Below, in pieces: positions 25,568 through 35,853 of a stretch of 64,000 bases of DNA. Source of the DNA: a virus; IMG/VR virus record IMGVR_UViG_3300020411_003715, positions 32,001 to 96,000 of that record; one strand, written 5' to 3'. Both the position numbers and the translations under genes were made by a program. Every line of letters starts with the position of its first letter. Position 1 is the stretch's first letter. The notes below the pieces were generated by a model. It did not search any database and was not told the origin of the DNA. It saw only the letters and a program-made list of their open reading frames with translations.

Positions 25568-26083
25568 GTGATGGAAATTAAGTTTGAGACTGTTAAGGGA
25601 ACTCTTTTCGGGGAGTTTCTAGGTTGTGCTTTTCAGGACCTTTTGCGGCAGACGCTCCTGGAAACACCAGAAGCCGCTGGCGAGTTAAATTGTGATATGC
25701 TTGATATACAGACAACGCTGAACGGGAAAGCGTTGGATTTTCAGAGACTGTTCTCCGCCTTTGAGGGAAAGCTCCCCTCTAGTAACGGCGAAGCCTCTAC
25801 TGAAGGTTCGGGCGATATGATCCTGGTTGACCGTAACAAGCTCAAGGAGGCTCTTGAGCAAGTAGACTACGCACAGAGCGAGTGTGGCAGCGTAGATAGC
25901 CGTGTTGAGGAATCCTTTAATGACGGAATCGCTGCGGCGTCTAGCTCATACTACTGTGGCGAGTACGCAAGTGAAGCTGCCTCTGAGGCTGGGTATGAGC
26001 ACTCACCGGGAGGGGAAGTGACGCACGAGATCTACAACCACCTTGACTCGGCTTCAGATATCCTCAGAGAACTCACTGATTAA
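25568..26083 (+). CDS. Hypothetical acidic protein
   Basis: AAGGAG SD; GGTATAAGC motif at 25519; terminator-like hairpin at about 26091-26119. Confidence 0.7.
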   Translation: MMEIKFETVKGTLFGEFLGCAFQDLLRQTLLETPEAAGELNCDMLDIQTTLNGKALDFQRLFSAFEGKLPSSNGEASTEGSGDMILVDRNKLKEALEQVDYAQSECGSVDSRVEESFNDGIAAASSSYYCGEYASEAASEAGYEHSPGGEVTHEIYNHLDSASDILRELTD

Positions 26084-26121
26084 TATAGATAAGTGGGGGC
26101 TCGCGCCCCCGCTTTTTTTAC

Positions 26122-27609
26122 CTATCCGTATAGATCTTGCGGAGGACCGTGTATGACAGCGATAAGCCCTCGGTCTTTGTCGTGGAGGTACAGAGGGAGA
26201 CTTTTCGGAGAACCCACGTACCCAGAACGTGCGTGCCACCTGTCAGGGCCGGACAAGCTAGGAAGCTGTCGTCGCGTCACACCATACGCAACGTCGGTTT
26301 CGGTCTTTTCGTAATGGAGGTGCCCGGTGTAGACCGTTCGGAACGGGCAGCTTGACCAGTCTTTAGCCGCCTCTCTTGCCATATGGCCAGCTAGATCTTT
26401 AGTCTTAGAGACGCCGTCTCCGTGAACAAACCCTATCAAGTTCCTTCCGTAGGCGATGTACTGACGGGGGACTTTTTCTTGAATTACGTTAACGTCGTCA
26501 GCCCCACGATAATACGCGCTAAGATATAGGAGCAGCACAAACCCCATGGCCCGGTCGTGGTTTCCGCTCATTAGTATAAGCTCCACCGGTGCCACTTGTC
26601 GGAGAGAGTCTACCCACTCCTCCATAAGCATACATGCGGACTCAATGATGTCGTAAAAGTTCCCGTCAGTATCTTGCGGAGTCCCCCGAGTGGTGTTCAG
26701 GAGGTCGTTATCAATGTGGAGGAAGTCACTCCCGATAGGCACTATAATCTTTTCCGGCTTACCGAATGGCGTCATCCGTGAAAGCACATCCTCTGTACAG
26801 GAGAACAATCTTTTCTTTGCGATGCTCCGGTCGTAAACTTCCCAGTTCTCTGAGTCTGAATACTTCCCCCAGTGGAAATCTGTCAGACCTACAACCACAG
26901 CGAACGGCTTGTCTGAGGTCTTGAGTGACAGCTGCTTTGCTTTTGGCGGCTTCCTGTCGCCTATTGCCTCTAAGATTCTTCTGAATACGTGGTCTTCAAA
27001 CTCACGCCATTTTTTAGCTTCCTTCTGGATGTCCTTCCACTTCTCTTGCTCAAACTTTCTGTAGAAGGATGCACGGCGCATCTGAAGAGCTTCAGACAGC
27101 AGGTCACTTTCTGACCGCTCCATCATCTCATCATTGGTGAAGGGCTCGTGGTCTTTTGTCCATCCGTGTATTCGCTTGTACTTCTCAAACCAAGCGCGGG
27201 GCATTTTGAACTCTCGGCAGATCTCGTTTATTGTCGCGGGATCACCGTCGAAGTTTGAGTAGGCCCTTAACATATCCCTGTGGACATCCCCAGGAACCTC
27301 AAGGGGGTGGGGCACGCCCGGAACAAAGGTAACGTATACATCCCTGTCGCCGTCGTACCAGTATCTACTGTCACTGACGTACCTTGCCGAACCATCGCCG
27401 TCTTCAGCGCCAACCTTTTTGGCTTCTTGCCGGACCCACTTTCCCCACGCCACAAGCTCGTCGTAGTCCATGGAGAAACGCTCACCGTATCTCTTGTGAA
27501 GAGCCCTCCACTCACGATGAACCAGCTGATTAAATAACCTGTCTCCGTATTCGGCTTTTAACTTCGCCCACTTGGGCGGTATTCCTGCGTCACTCAAAAG
27601 CGCCTCCAT
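26122..27609 (-). CDS. HTH-containing N-terminus plus calcineurin-like metallophosphoesterase
   Basis: GLTDFHWGK, PIGSDFLHID, SGNHD, FVHGD, TGHLH; TINEICREFKMPRAWF HTH-like segment. Confidence 0.8.
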   Translation of the reverse strand: MEALLSDAGIPPKWAKLKAEYGDRLFNQLVHREWRALHKRYGERFSMDYDELVAWGKWVRQEAKKVGAEDGDGSARYVSDSRYWYDGDRDVYVTFVPGVPHPLEVPGDVHRDMLRAYSNFDGDPATINEICREFKMPRAWFEKYKRIHGWTKDHEPFTNDEMMERSESDLLSEALQMRRASFYRKFEQEKWKDIQKEAKKWREFEDHVFRRILEAIGDRKPPKAKQLSLKTSDKPFAVVVGLTDFHWGKYSDSENWEVYDRSIAKKRLFSCTEDVLSRMTPFGKPEKIIVPIGSDFLHIDNDLLNTTRGTPQDTDGNFYDIIESACMLMEEWVDSLRQVAPVELILMSGNHDRAMGFVLLLYLSAYYRGADDVNVIQEKVPRQYIAYGRNLIGFVHGDGVSKTKDLAGHMAREAAKDWSSCPFRTVYTGHLHYEKTETDVAYGVTRRQLPSLSGPDRWHARSGYVGSPKSLPLYLHDKDRGLIAVIHGPPQDLYG

Positions 27610-27806
27610 ACCTATAGGACCTGTTTATGCCTACCAACAAAATATCTCTCTCTACTTGTTCCACTGGGTATGAAGATAAGCGCGTGTCTGTGGTAATAAA
27701 AAATAGATAATGAGAAGCCTTTGCTGGTCTGTCCCTACCCGGCATTATAACCGGCAGGGGCAGCCCAACAAAGGCACTCAAAAACCTAAAGGACACTTTG
27801 GATATT

Positions 27807-28478
27807 TTAGGGCAATGGCGATGCTGTCCAATTTCTCCAGTTATCAGCGGATAATACGGGGTCGGCAGATAGCGCCGACACAAGCGCCGATGTCTCAGTA
27901 TAGTCCTCATTGAGAAGCAGGTCGTAGGTCTTGTCAAAATATCGGTCTCGGAACTTAGGAAATCCGCTGACTCTGTATGACTCCGCGATACCCTCCTCAA
28001 TAAACCGCTCACGAATTCTATTGTATAGAGACCAAGCGCCTTCTCGATAAGTAGGGTCCTCGAAGCACTCACGCCTTGTAGCGTGTCTACTTGGGTACTC
28101 TGGCTGGAGAACAGCAAGACCGATCTCCACCCTTCCAGGGTGAATATTATTTGGGTCAAGAAGGACCGATTTTGTACAGGCAGTCCCGTACGGGCCTAGC
28201 TCGTAAAAAGACGTTTGTATTTGAGAAGCACCGGCTGCGCTGATCACCGCGAATGGGTGATGAGAGGTGCTTCCAAAGTCGTATCCCAGCGACTCAGGGC
28301 GCGCTGTAACTCGATCTAACTCATTGTAGTTGTCAAAACCTTGAAGAGCGCGTATAAAAGTCAGGCGCGCTAGGGAATCGCCGTACAAATGTATAAGACA
28401 TTCTATGTAATCTTTCCCTAGTATGCCTGAATGGTTTTCTAGGAATTTTTGGACGAACTTATGATTTGGGTATGTCAT
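27807..28478 (-). CDS. Hypothetical protein
   Basis: 223 aa, AAGGAGG SD, promoter-like motif at 28509. Confidence 0.65.
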   Translation of the reverse strand: MTYPNHKFVQKFLENHSGILGKDYIECLIHLYGDSLARLTFIRALQGFDNYNELDRVTARPESLGYDFGSTSHHPFAVISAAGASQIQTSFYELGPYGTACTKSVLLDPNNIHPGRVEIGLAVLQPEYPSRHATRRECFEDPTYREGAWSLYNRIRERFIEEGIAESYRVSGFPKFRDRYFDKTYDLLLNEDYTETSALVSALSADPVLSADNWRNWTASPLP

Positions 28479-28628
28479 TTAGCCTCCTTAGGTTATCTTT
28501 CCCAAAAGACTTATACCAACAAGTGGCTAAAACCTGCTACAAAACCACTCAATCAATACAGATACATTTCTCCACAACTTTGTGGGAAATGCCTAAGAAA
28601 CATAACAACTTAATTGGGAGGGCGATGA

Positions 28629-30608
28629 ATGATTTTTGCTCAACAAGAAGAAGGCCGCAAAGTTAGAAACTTTTCCTTAAGCACTGCATTCCTGGAACAG
28701 TACATCGACAAGCAGCCAGAGTGGGGGCCTCTCGGCTACTTCACATATAAGAGAACATATGCAAGGCCTCTTGAGGAAGGGGGCACGGAAGAATTTTGGC
28801 AAACATGCAAGCGCGTCATCGAGGGTGTTTATAATGTTCAGAAGATTCACTGCAGGGCCTTAAGGCTTCAGTGGAACGAGCCTAAGGCACAAAAGTCTGC
28901 CCAGGAAATGTTTGAGCGTATGTGGGCGTTCAAGTGGCTCCCTCCTGGAAGAGGGCTCTGGGTCATGGGGACCGACATGGTCCATGACAAAGGCTCTGCA
29001 GCACTAAACAACTGCGCTTTCGTAAGCACCGAAGAGATCGACGTAGATTTTGCCGCCCCCTTCACCTTCTTGATGGATATGTCCATGCTTGGCGTAGGCG
29101 TCGGCGGAGACACAAAGGGCGCAGGTAAAATCAAAATCCAGGTGCCCCGATTCACTGAAGAACCCTACGTGGTCGAGGACAGTCGAGAGGGGTGGGTAGA
29201 GTTAACCAAGGTTGTTTTAAACTCGTTTGTTGGCAAGGGGTACTACCCAAAGAGCATTGATTACTCACAGGTGAGAAAGCGCGGAGCCAAGATAAACGGA
29301 TTTGGTGGGGTGGCTTCTGGACCCCAGCCCCTGATCGATCTTGTAGAGAACCTCACAGAGCTTCTCATGCCGAAAGATGGAGAGCCTTACAGAATCAGCA
29401 GCGCGCACATAGTTGATATCTTTAATTTCGTAGGCAAGTGCGTTGTTAGTGGGGGGATCAGAAGAACGGCTGAGATAATGTTCGGCTACCCAACTGATAC
29501 CGAATTCGTAACCCTCAAGCAGGACAAAGAGGCATTAGAAGATAGAAGATGGGCCTCTAACAACAGTGTCTTTGGCTCCGTAGGCATGGACTATAGCAGC
29601 ATCGCCGATTCTATCGCCGTTAACGGTGAGCCCGGGGTGATATGGCTTGAGAACATGCAGCACTATCGACGGATGAACGGAAAGAGGAACAACTACGATG
29701 TTCGCGCTATGGGGAGCAACCCGTGCTCAGAGCAAACGCTTGAGTCCTTCGAGCTTTGTTGCTTAGTGGAGACTTTCCCTGCGCATCACGATAGTTTTGA
29801 GGACTACAAGCGGACCCTTAAGTTTGCCTACCTGTACGCCAAGACTGTCACCCTAATACCCACACACGACCCGAGAACGAATGCGGTCATGATGAGAAAT
29901 AGGAGAATAGGGTGCTCCATGAGCGGCATCGTGCAGGCCATGAACAAGCACGGACGCAGAGATTTCTTGAATTGGTGTGATTCTGGTTATGGCTATATAA
30001 GAGATTTGGACAGAAAGTACAGCGAGTGGCTGTGCATACCTAGATCAATTAAAGTCACGAGTGTGAAACCTAGCGGGACTGTGAGCCTTCTTTGCGGAGC
30101 AACCGCAGGGATACACTACCCACATAGCGAGTATTACATACGTAATATTAGGGTGGCCAACACGTCTCCATTGGTGGCTGCCGCAAAGGATGCCGGGTAT
30201 GTGGTGGAGCAGGATGTGTACGCCGATGACACCTCTTGCATCAGCTTCCCTGTAAGAGAGAAGGATTTCCAGAAGTGCAAAAAGGACGTCTCCATATGGG
30301 AACAGTTCGCCAATGCTGCTGATATGCAGGAGCACTGGGCAGACAATCAGGTTTCTATAACGATAACCTTTGGCGAAAGGGAGTCTCAGGACATAAAGTC
30401 TTGTCTTGAAATATATGAGACCAAACTCAAGTCTGTTTCGCTTCTTCCTCTTCTTGATGGCGATCACGGGTACAAGCAAGCGCCCTACATAGAGATCGAC
30501 AAGGAGACTTACGAAGCCATGTCTGCAAAGGTTCTTCCGATAGACCTGTCTAAGTCTAGGCACGAGGTCACGGAGAAATTTTGTGACGGGGACTCTTGCG
30601 TAATATAG
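28629..30608 (+). CDS. nrdJ: Class II (adenosylcobalamin) ribonucleotide reductase, monomeric RTPR type
   Basis: PPGRGLW, LNNCAF, NPCSEQTLE..ELCCLVE, TSVKPSGTVS, C-terminal CDGDSC. Confidence 0.95.
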   Translation: MIFAQQEEGRKVRNFSLSTAFLEQYIDKQPEWGPLGYFTYKRTYARPLEEGGTEEFWQTCKRVIEGVYNVQKIHCRALRLQWNEPKAQKSAQEMFERMWAFKWLPPGRGLWVMGTDMVHDKGSAALNNCAFVSTEEIDVDFAAPFTFLMDMSMLGVGVGGDTKGAGKIKIQVPRFTEEPYVVEDSREGWVELTKVVLNSFVGKGYYPKSIDYSQVRKRGAKINGFGGVASGPQPLIDLVENLTELLMPKDGEPYRISSAHIVDIFNFVGKCVVSGGIRRTAEIMFGYPTDTEFVTLKQDKEALEDRRWASNNSVFGSVGMDYSSIADSIAVNGEPGVIWLENMQHYRRMNGKRNNYDVRAMGSNPCSEQTLESFELCCLVETFPAHHDSFEDYKRTLKFAYLYAKTVTLIPTHDPRTNAVMMRNRRIGCSMSGIVQAMNKHGRRDFLNWCDSGYGYIRDLDRKYSEWLCIPRSIKVTSVKPSGTVSLLCGATAGIHYPHSEYYIRNIRVANTSPLVAAAKDAGYVVEQDVYADDTSCISFPVREKDFQKCKKDVSIWEQFANAADMQEHWADNQVSITITFGERESQDIKSCLEIYETKLKSVSLLPLLDGDHGYKQAPYIEIDKETYEAMSAKVLPIDLSKSRHEVTEKFCDGDSCVI

Positions 30609-30610
30609 GT

Positions 30611-30642
30611 AAAAAAAGGGGGGGAATAACTCCCCCCTTTTT
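30611..30642. terminator. Bidirectional intrinsic terminator
   Basis: AAAAAAA-GGGGGGA-ATAAC-TCCCCCC-TTTTTT between convergent genes. Confidence 0.85.
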
Positions 30643-30669
30643 ACTTATATACCTCCACACCAAGGACAG

Positions 30670-32142
30670 CTAGGGGCTCCGAACACCGTAGCGGTTGAGC
30701 GTTCTTTTATACCCTTCGCTCCAAGCCGCACCGTATTTAGATGCTACGGTAAACAGAGAGTCTTGGACCATCTGGTTCCCCCGACTTTTAGGAATCTCCG
30801 CCTTGGTTACGCCTTTCGCCGTAGCGATAAACATGCGCCCCAACTCAGACATTGCCACTAGGCGGTCGTCCATTTTATTATCCCTGGAAAGGGCCTCTTT
30901 CTTAGTAAGCTCCCATTCGTCGGGCACGTCTATCCCTGCGAATGCTTTACTCTCTAGTAGCAACGCAATGTTTGGGATCATCTTGTCGAGAAGCCTTTCA
31001 AGTAGAACATCTATGTCGGAAACAAGCCCGTCCTGAAGACTTCCCGTTCCATATTGAGCGGGTCTAATAACCTCAATTCCGGATCGATTAGGAATAACCT
31101 CGTTCACCCAAGCATCCCGTCGCTGTACTTCACCAAGAACAAACCTCATTTGGACGAGATAGTCCTCCATAACCCTCAGCCCTTCTTCTTTGCTGCCATA
31201 GCGCCCCGCCTTCAGCTGGTCTAAGACCGGGTGGGAAATACTTTCGTCGACAGGTTTTGAGAATTCTCCGGCGTAAATCTTAGCCTCAATTTCTTCCATG
31301 GAAGTTATCTCTCCAGACTTACATCCCTCAACGGTTTCTTGGATACGGACAACAAGCTCTTCCATTCTTTTTAGTTGCTCTCTGTCCATGTCCGCAGGGT
31401 CGTTGTTTGTAAGGCCGGACACGCTTGTAATCTTATTAATATCGATGTCGTCGTACCCCATGAACCATCTTGTGGTTTCTGTGTATTTATTTTGGCAGAT
31501 AGACCAATTCATACATGATATTGTTGGGTCCATGGCGGCCATGGTCATATGCGGGTTTGATAGGGGGTCGTAGATTGCGACCCTAGTAATGGCACGCGCA
31601 GGTATGACGCCCTTATAACTACAGTTCCCCAAAAACTTTATGGAGTCCTCTGCCATATGGGCAAACCTTTGGATGTTATCCCTCAGCCAGATGGTCCTTT
31701 CTTCCATCCCGCTTTCCCACGGAAATCCATCGAACATATCCAAGAGCCTCCGGTCCCCGCTTTCAAGAGAGATTTCTACTAGCTTCTCCGGAGAGTACTG
31801 GCGCATCATCTGCTCAAGGAAGTCTTCGTCCGGAAGAAGACGAACCCCATGTCCGGAGCCATGGAGATCGTTAACGAGATTGGTGTTGTTTTGCTCGTAT
31901 ACAGGAGTGAAACTTCTATATATTTTTGACGTTTCAATTTCTACGATACCCCACTTCTCTCCATCTTCAGCCACGCATCCCGCAAAGTAGGGGGCGTACC
32001 CTGCTGTCATATATACACGATCATCTCCAGAAGGGACGGAGTGTTCCCAGTTTCCTGTTGCGCCAGAGTTACCTCTAGGGACAATCCCTTCCACCATAGC
32101 TTTTCTAGCTATTGTTTCAGTTGTTCCGTGGTACAGCTTCAT
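30670..32142 (-). CDS. Putative ADP-ribosyltransferase-fold (H-Y clade) protein with helical C-terminal region
   Basis: KLYHGT..GIVPRG, RVYMT..YAPYFA, late YKGVIPARAITRV strand as in Tpt1/DarT/Arr-like folds. Confidence 0.45.
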   Translation of the reverse strand: MKLYHGTTETIARKAMVEGIVPRGNSGATGNWEHSVPSGDDRVYMTAGYAPYFAGCVAEDGEKWGIVEIETSKIYRSFTPVYEQNNTNLVNDLHGSGHGVRLLPDEDFLEQMMRQYSPEKLVEISLESGDRRLLDMFDGFPWESGMEERTIWLRDNIQRFAHMAEDSIKFLGNCSYKGVIPARAITRVAIYDPLSNPHMTMAAMDPTISCMNWSICQNKYTETTRWFMGYDDIDINKITSVSGLTNNDPADMDREQLKRMEELVVRIQETVEGCKSGEITSMEEIEAKIYAGEFSKPVDESISHPVLDQLKAGRYGSKEEGLRVMEDYLVQMRFVLGEVQRRDAWVNEVIPNRSGIEVIRPAQYGTGSLQDGLVSDIDVLLERLLDKMIPNIALLLESKAFAGIDVPDEWELTKKEALSRDNKMDDRLVAMSELGRMFIATAKGVTKAEIPKSRGNQMVQDSLFTVASKYGAAWSEGYKRTLNRYGVRSP

Positions 32143-32401
32143 TACATACCCCCGATTTAATTAGGTGTGTTGCCATTCGCCCGTAGTGCCCCTGAAGACT
32201 CCACGCCATTCCCGTGTTTATAAGGCTTTGGAAGAATGCGATTACCTCTTCGTCAGACATTAAGCCTGCTTCATAATCACCAAACATTGCCGCACTGATT
32301 GGGTTTATTTTCTTGTGAGCTATGTCTTCGTCCGCAACGCGGGTAGTATTGTCTTTGATGGGACTACTTTCTACAGAAGACGGATCTTTCTTTTTCGTCA
32401 T
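32117..32401 (-). CDS. Small conserved phage protein
   Basis: Probable start MTKKKD (AAGGAG SD); FFQSLINTGMAWSLQGHYGRMA motif common in phages. Confidence 0.7.
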   Translation of the reverse strand: MTKKKDPSSVESSPIKDNTTRVADEDIAHKKINPISAAMFGDYEAGLMSDEEVIAFFQSLINTGMAWSLQGHYGRMATHLIKSGVCNEAVPRNN

Positions 32402-32768
32402 TGATTTCTCCTTAAACGGGGCCCCTTGGGAGGTTGCGTGTAGCATCTCCCAAGAGGTCCGCAGGTATGAAGGCATGGCCTATCGGGCCGTTGATACTTT
32501 TTATATAGAGAGTGCGACGTCCGGAGACCAAGTACTCGACGGGGAGGAGTGGAAGCTTCTCCTAAGCGAGAATAAAGAAGAGAAGACTAGCTTCTGGCGG
32601 GCGGTCACCTCACACTTGTTGATGATGGCGAACGCGCACGCGATGGAGCACTACGAGGCGTAGGTTAGTCTTCCCTGGTCACGTTGAAATAGACGATGCA
32701 GAAACCTGATATTAAGATTAGAAGCACTAGCGCTAAGTCGGCCATATGCAATTAAAGCTTTTGCGTCG

Positions 32769-34346
32769 CTAAACAGCAACTTCCTTATCAGCGAGAAAAC
32801 CGATCATCTCCCTAAGTTCCTCAACCGTGTAGGGCTTCTTCTTGGTTCCTCGACTATGGATGTACTTGTGGCATTCATAGCATACAGGCACTAGATCTTT
32901 TATAGGGTCGACCACATGCTCTTCGCCCACTTCGTGGAGCGGGTTTACGTGGTGAACCTGAAGGTACTTTGCTACCAAGTGCCCAAGCTTGTGATGCTTT
33001 TCGGGCTCGTAGTCGCACACCTTACAGATAAAGCCGTGGTGCTCTAAACATGCGGCCCTAGCCTTAGGGTCACGCTCGTACACGTTCAGGACAACCTCTT
33101 TAGCTCGGCCTTCCTTATAGATGAAGTCTTTCAATAGCTTGTGCTTCTTTTCTTGCGAAAGGGTGAACCCGTATTCGCGTGGTCCCGCATCAACCTCTTT
33201 GTCCGGATTGATAAGTACCGGCTCAAGCCAAAGCTCCTCCATGCTTCTGATTTTCTCACCACCGCGCTCATGTCCCGCAGGGTAAGTCGCAACATCCCAA
33301 GCCTCGTATGGAATCCACTGACCCGCGCCTTCATGCCCAACCGGGTACTTCTTTGGCCCAGACCAGAAGTTGTGGTTGTGCCCGCGCCGCCACTGTCGCT
33401 TTGCCTCCCAGGAGAACCCGGGGGAATTTACAACAAGAGCTTCGTCCCGCTCTCCAATGTAGCGGACTGTTGCCCCGGAAACCCGAGAGAGCATTGTTTT
33501 GTAGCGTCTAGCCTTTTTACCATTTGGCTTCTTACAATTACGGAGCTTAGCCTTAAGCCTGTTTCTCTCCTCTATCCCGGACCTATCCTTCCGGATACTC
33601 GGGTCTTTTGTGTTTATGTACATCAAGAGGGAAACGAAGACGCGGTAAACACTCATGAAGGTCTGGACGTTCACGGAGTTCCCATCCTCAGCAGCCTTCT
33701 CTACGCCCGGTGAGGAGTACTCCCTAGACGGGTCAGACAGGATCCTTTTTACGTAATCTTTTACGCACTCGAAGTCTCGAAAACACCGAACCAGATCTAG
33801 GTTCATAAAGAACTTTGAACCAAATTCACCCCCCGCTCCCTCAGCGTGGAGGAAGAAGAGAAGCTGGTCCACCTCATGGTCTGACTTTCTATTATCCCGT
33901 AATACGTAGAATCCCGAGATTGGGTAGTAGCATTCGTCGTACAAGCTCCAAAGCTTCCACCCACATGAGCGCATGTTCACATAGAAGCACGGGTACGGCA
34001 TCCTCCCCAATTCCTCGATTCCTACTTTAGATATATCTGTGGCATCGAGCTTTTCCTGCATAATTTTGGGGATACAGAATACCTGCTGCCCCCACCTATC
34101 GTAGTCAAGCATACAGTGAAGCTCGTTTTTAAAGACCTCATCATACGGGCCGGCAGCGAAGTCCCGGACAAGCCATTCGGCCAGCGTAGCGGACGCTTCC
34201 GGGGCAGGGCAGTCGCTATCACCGGTAGCCGACTTAGACACCCTAAGGCCGTCAGACATCTCTTTTGCCAGGGCAAGCCCTGCTCCGATCTCTGGCTGGG
34301 ACTTCAGTAACCAATCATAATGTGGGACGGGGTACGTAGCATCCAT
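32769..34346 (-). CDS. Unknown N-terminal domain fused to McrA-type HNH endonuclease
   Basis: YERDPKARAACLEHHGFICKVC..LQVHHVNPL..DLVPVCYECHKYIH; RRGHNH motif upstream. Confidence 0.8.
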   Translation of the reverse strand: MDATYPVPHYDWLLKSQPEIGAGLALAKEMSDGLRVSKSATGDSDCPAPEASATLAEWLVRDFAAGPYDEVFKNELHCMLDYDRWGQQVFCIPKIMQEKLDATDISKVGIEELGRMPYPCFYVNMRSCGWKLWSLYDECYYPISGFYVLRDNRKSDHEVDQLLFFLHAEGAGGEFGSKFFMNLDLVRCFRDFECVKDYVKRILSDPSREYSSPGVEKAAEDGNSVNVQTFMSVYRVFVSLLMYINTKDPSIRKDRSGIEERNRLKAKLRNCKKPNGKKARRYKTMLSRVSGATVRYIGERDEALVVNSPGFSWEAKRQWRRGHNHNFWSGPKKYPVGHEGAGQWIPYEAWDVATYPAGHERGGEKIRSMEELWLEPVLINPDKEVDAGPREYGFTLSQEKKHKLLKDFIYKEGRAKEVVLNVYERDPKARAACLEHHGFICKVCDYEPEKHHKLGHLVAKYLQVHHVNPLHEVGEEHVVDPIKDLVPVCYECHKYIHSRGTKKKPYTVEELREMIGFLADKEVAV

Positions 34347-34681
34347 TAGTCGCTAGCCCACCCAAAGAACAGGTACAGAGGTGTGTCTTCAGACGAGCCC
34401 TCTCGCTTCTCGTATCCCCTTGTGGTCTCTGTCAGGTCTATACACCCAGCAGGCCCCCATTTATCAGAGACCCTCGGGTCTCCATTATCAATAAGCTGAC
34501 TAGCGAACTGGTACGGCTCTTTGCCCTCGGGGACAGGGATAATAACAAATTCTGACTTTTCAGCCACTGTTCCGGTGTAACCACCATGCCCATGCTCCCA
34601 CTTGGCATCTCTAACGGCGCTCCAAAAAGCGCTCTCTGGGGTCTTCCCCCAAGATTCTTGATAAAATGTGCTCGCGCCCAT
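34346..34681 (-). CDS. Conserved phage hypothetical protein
   Basis: MGASTF..AFWSAV..EHGHGGYTGTVAEK..DKWGPAGCI..FFGWAS. Confidence 0.75.
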   Translation of the reverse strand: MGASTFYQESWGKTPESAFWSAVRDAKWEHGHGGYTGTVAEKSEFVIIPVPEGKEPYQFASQLIDNGDPRVSDKWGPAGCIDLTETTRGYEKREGSSEDTPLYLFFGWASD

Positions 34682-34824
34682 AAGTAACTTCTCCCATTAT
34701 TCTTATCTTTCTTCTCCTCTAATTTTTACTATTAACCAGCTCCAGAGGATGCCGGGGACGGACACCATCCACAGGATCGCCCCGGCAAACTCTTTAGCTG
34801 ATTCTCTATCGTGTATCGGAGTCA

Positions 34825-35220
34825 TTAGGCTGCCCGACGCTTCTTATACAAAGATCTAGCGTTCTTGTTAGAGCAGTCCCGAGAGCAGTACTTTGACCTT
34901 TCGCGTGGGGGGTTATTACACGGCCCCCAAGCGCATGCGGAATCTGCACTCTTAGTGTGCGGAATCTGCACACCCCCGCTGGGTTCGCAAACCACAAGCT
35001 GTCTTGGCCGATCCTCTAAGGGTGGCCGCACAGAGCAGTTTTTGTACCAGCAAGCCTCAAGGGAGGCCGGCAGCTTTGCGGAAGGGCAGTGGATTTCACA
35101 AACCCAGAAGTCAAAACTCAACCATTTTGCGTTTTGTCGCATGTTTTCCATTCCGATAGGGGGACCGTCCCCCGAACTGTGTTTGGACCATTGGGTGAAT
35201 CCCCAGAGAAGTCCTGCCAT
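34825..35220 (-). CDS. Possible zinc-finger protein
   Basis: CAWGPC..KYCSRDCSNKNAR; start uncertain. Confidence 0.4.
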   Translation of the reverse strand: MAGLLWGFTQWSKHSSGDGPPIGMENMRQNAKWLSFDFWVCEIHCPSAKLPASLEACWYKNCSVRPPLEDRPRQLVVCEPSGGVQIPHTKSADSACAWGPCNNPPRERSKYCSRDCSNKNARSLYKKRRAA

Positions 35221-35594
35221 AGCCGTGCCTCAATTTCGATAAATTGACGAACATCGGCCAGCTCTACCTGCACCGGGTCTCCCCGGTTATTTACGCGAAC
35301 TATATACCCGCCTTCATTGTCAGTGGCTACTTCATAAAAGCTCCCCAAGAACCCGATAACCGCGCATGGGCCGTAGTTGTCGCCAGGGCCGTTACGGGCC
35401 AGGAAGTGCGCACCACGCGCACAAGCCTCAACGAGTTCATCGTATAGCGCGTAGTTGGCTTCGTAGAAAATAACCGACGTGTAGCCTTCGCCCTCACACT
35501 CCTCAACCTCATCACCTTCGTCTCCAATAGCACCAACTAACAGGTCAAGGTGATCAGTGCGAACATTTATATTTAACCAGCACCGATCACCCAC
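35118..35594 (-). CDS. Hypothetical protein
   Basis: Probable GTG start at (V)GDRCWLNI overlapping the upstream stop. Confidence 0.55.
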   Translation of the reverse strand: MGDRCWLNINVRTDHLDLLVGAIGDEGDEVEECEGEGYTSVIFYEANYALYDELVEACARGAHFLARNGPGDNYGPCAVIGFLGSFYEVATDNEGGYIVRVNNRGDPVQVELADVRQFIEIEARLWQDFSGDSPNGPNTVRGTVPLSEWKTCDKTQNG

Positions 35595-35853
35595 CAGAGA
35601 CCACCATACATGGTGAAGCGAAGGGACAGGCGGGGCAGCCAATATAAGTACCCTTGCCCTTTCCCCCTTTAAGGAGCGGCTGATTCATCTCAACCGTTAT
35701 CTCCATAAGCTCGTTACAGCCGCAGTTTGGGCACGGCATGTCAGCAGCCTTCCCTTCTAACATTTTGGCCACAGGGACCCCAACAGGCTCACCCTGCGGG
35801 AGCCCGTAGTTCCTATCAAAATCCTTCATAAGCCCTCCTGAAATTAATACCAA
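35587..35853 (-). CDS. Zinc-ribbon protein
   Basis: CPNCGC..CPACPF. Confidence 0.6.
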   Translation of the reverse strand: MVLISGGLMKDFDRNYGLPQGEPVGVPVAKMLEGKAADMPCPNCGCNELMEITVEMNQPLLKGGKGKGTYIGCPACPFASPCMVVSGG

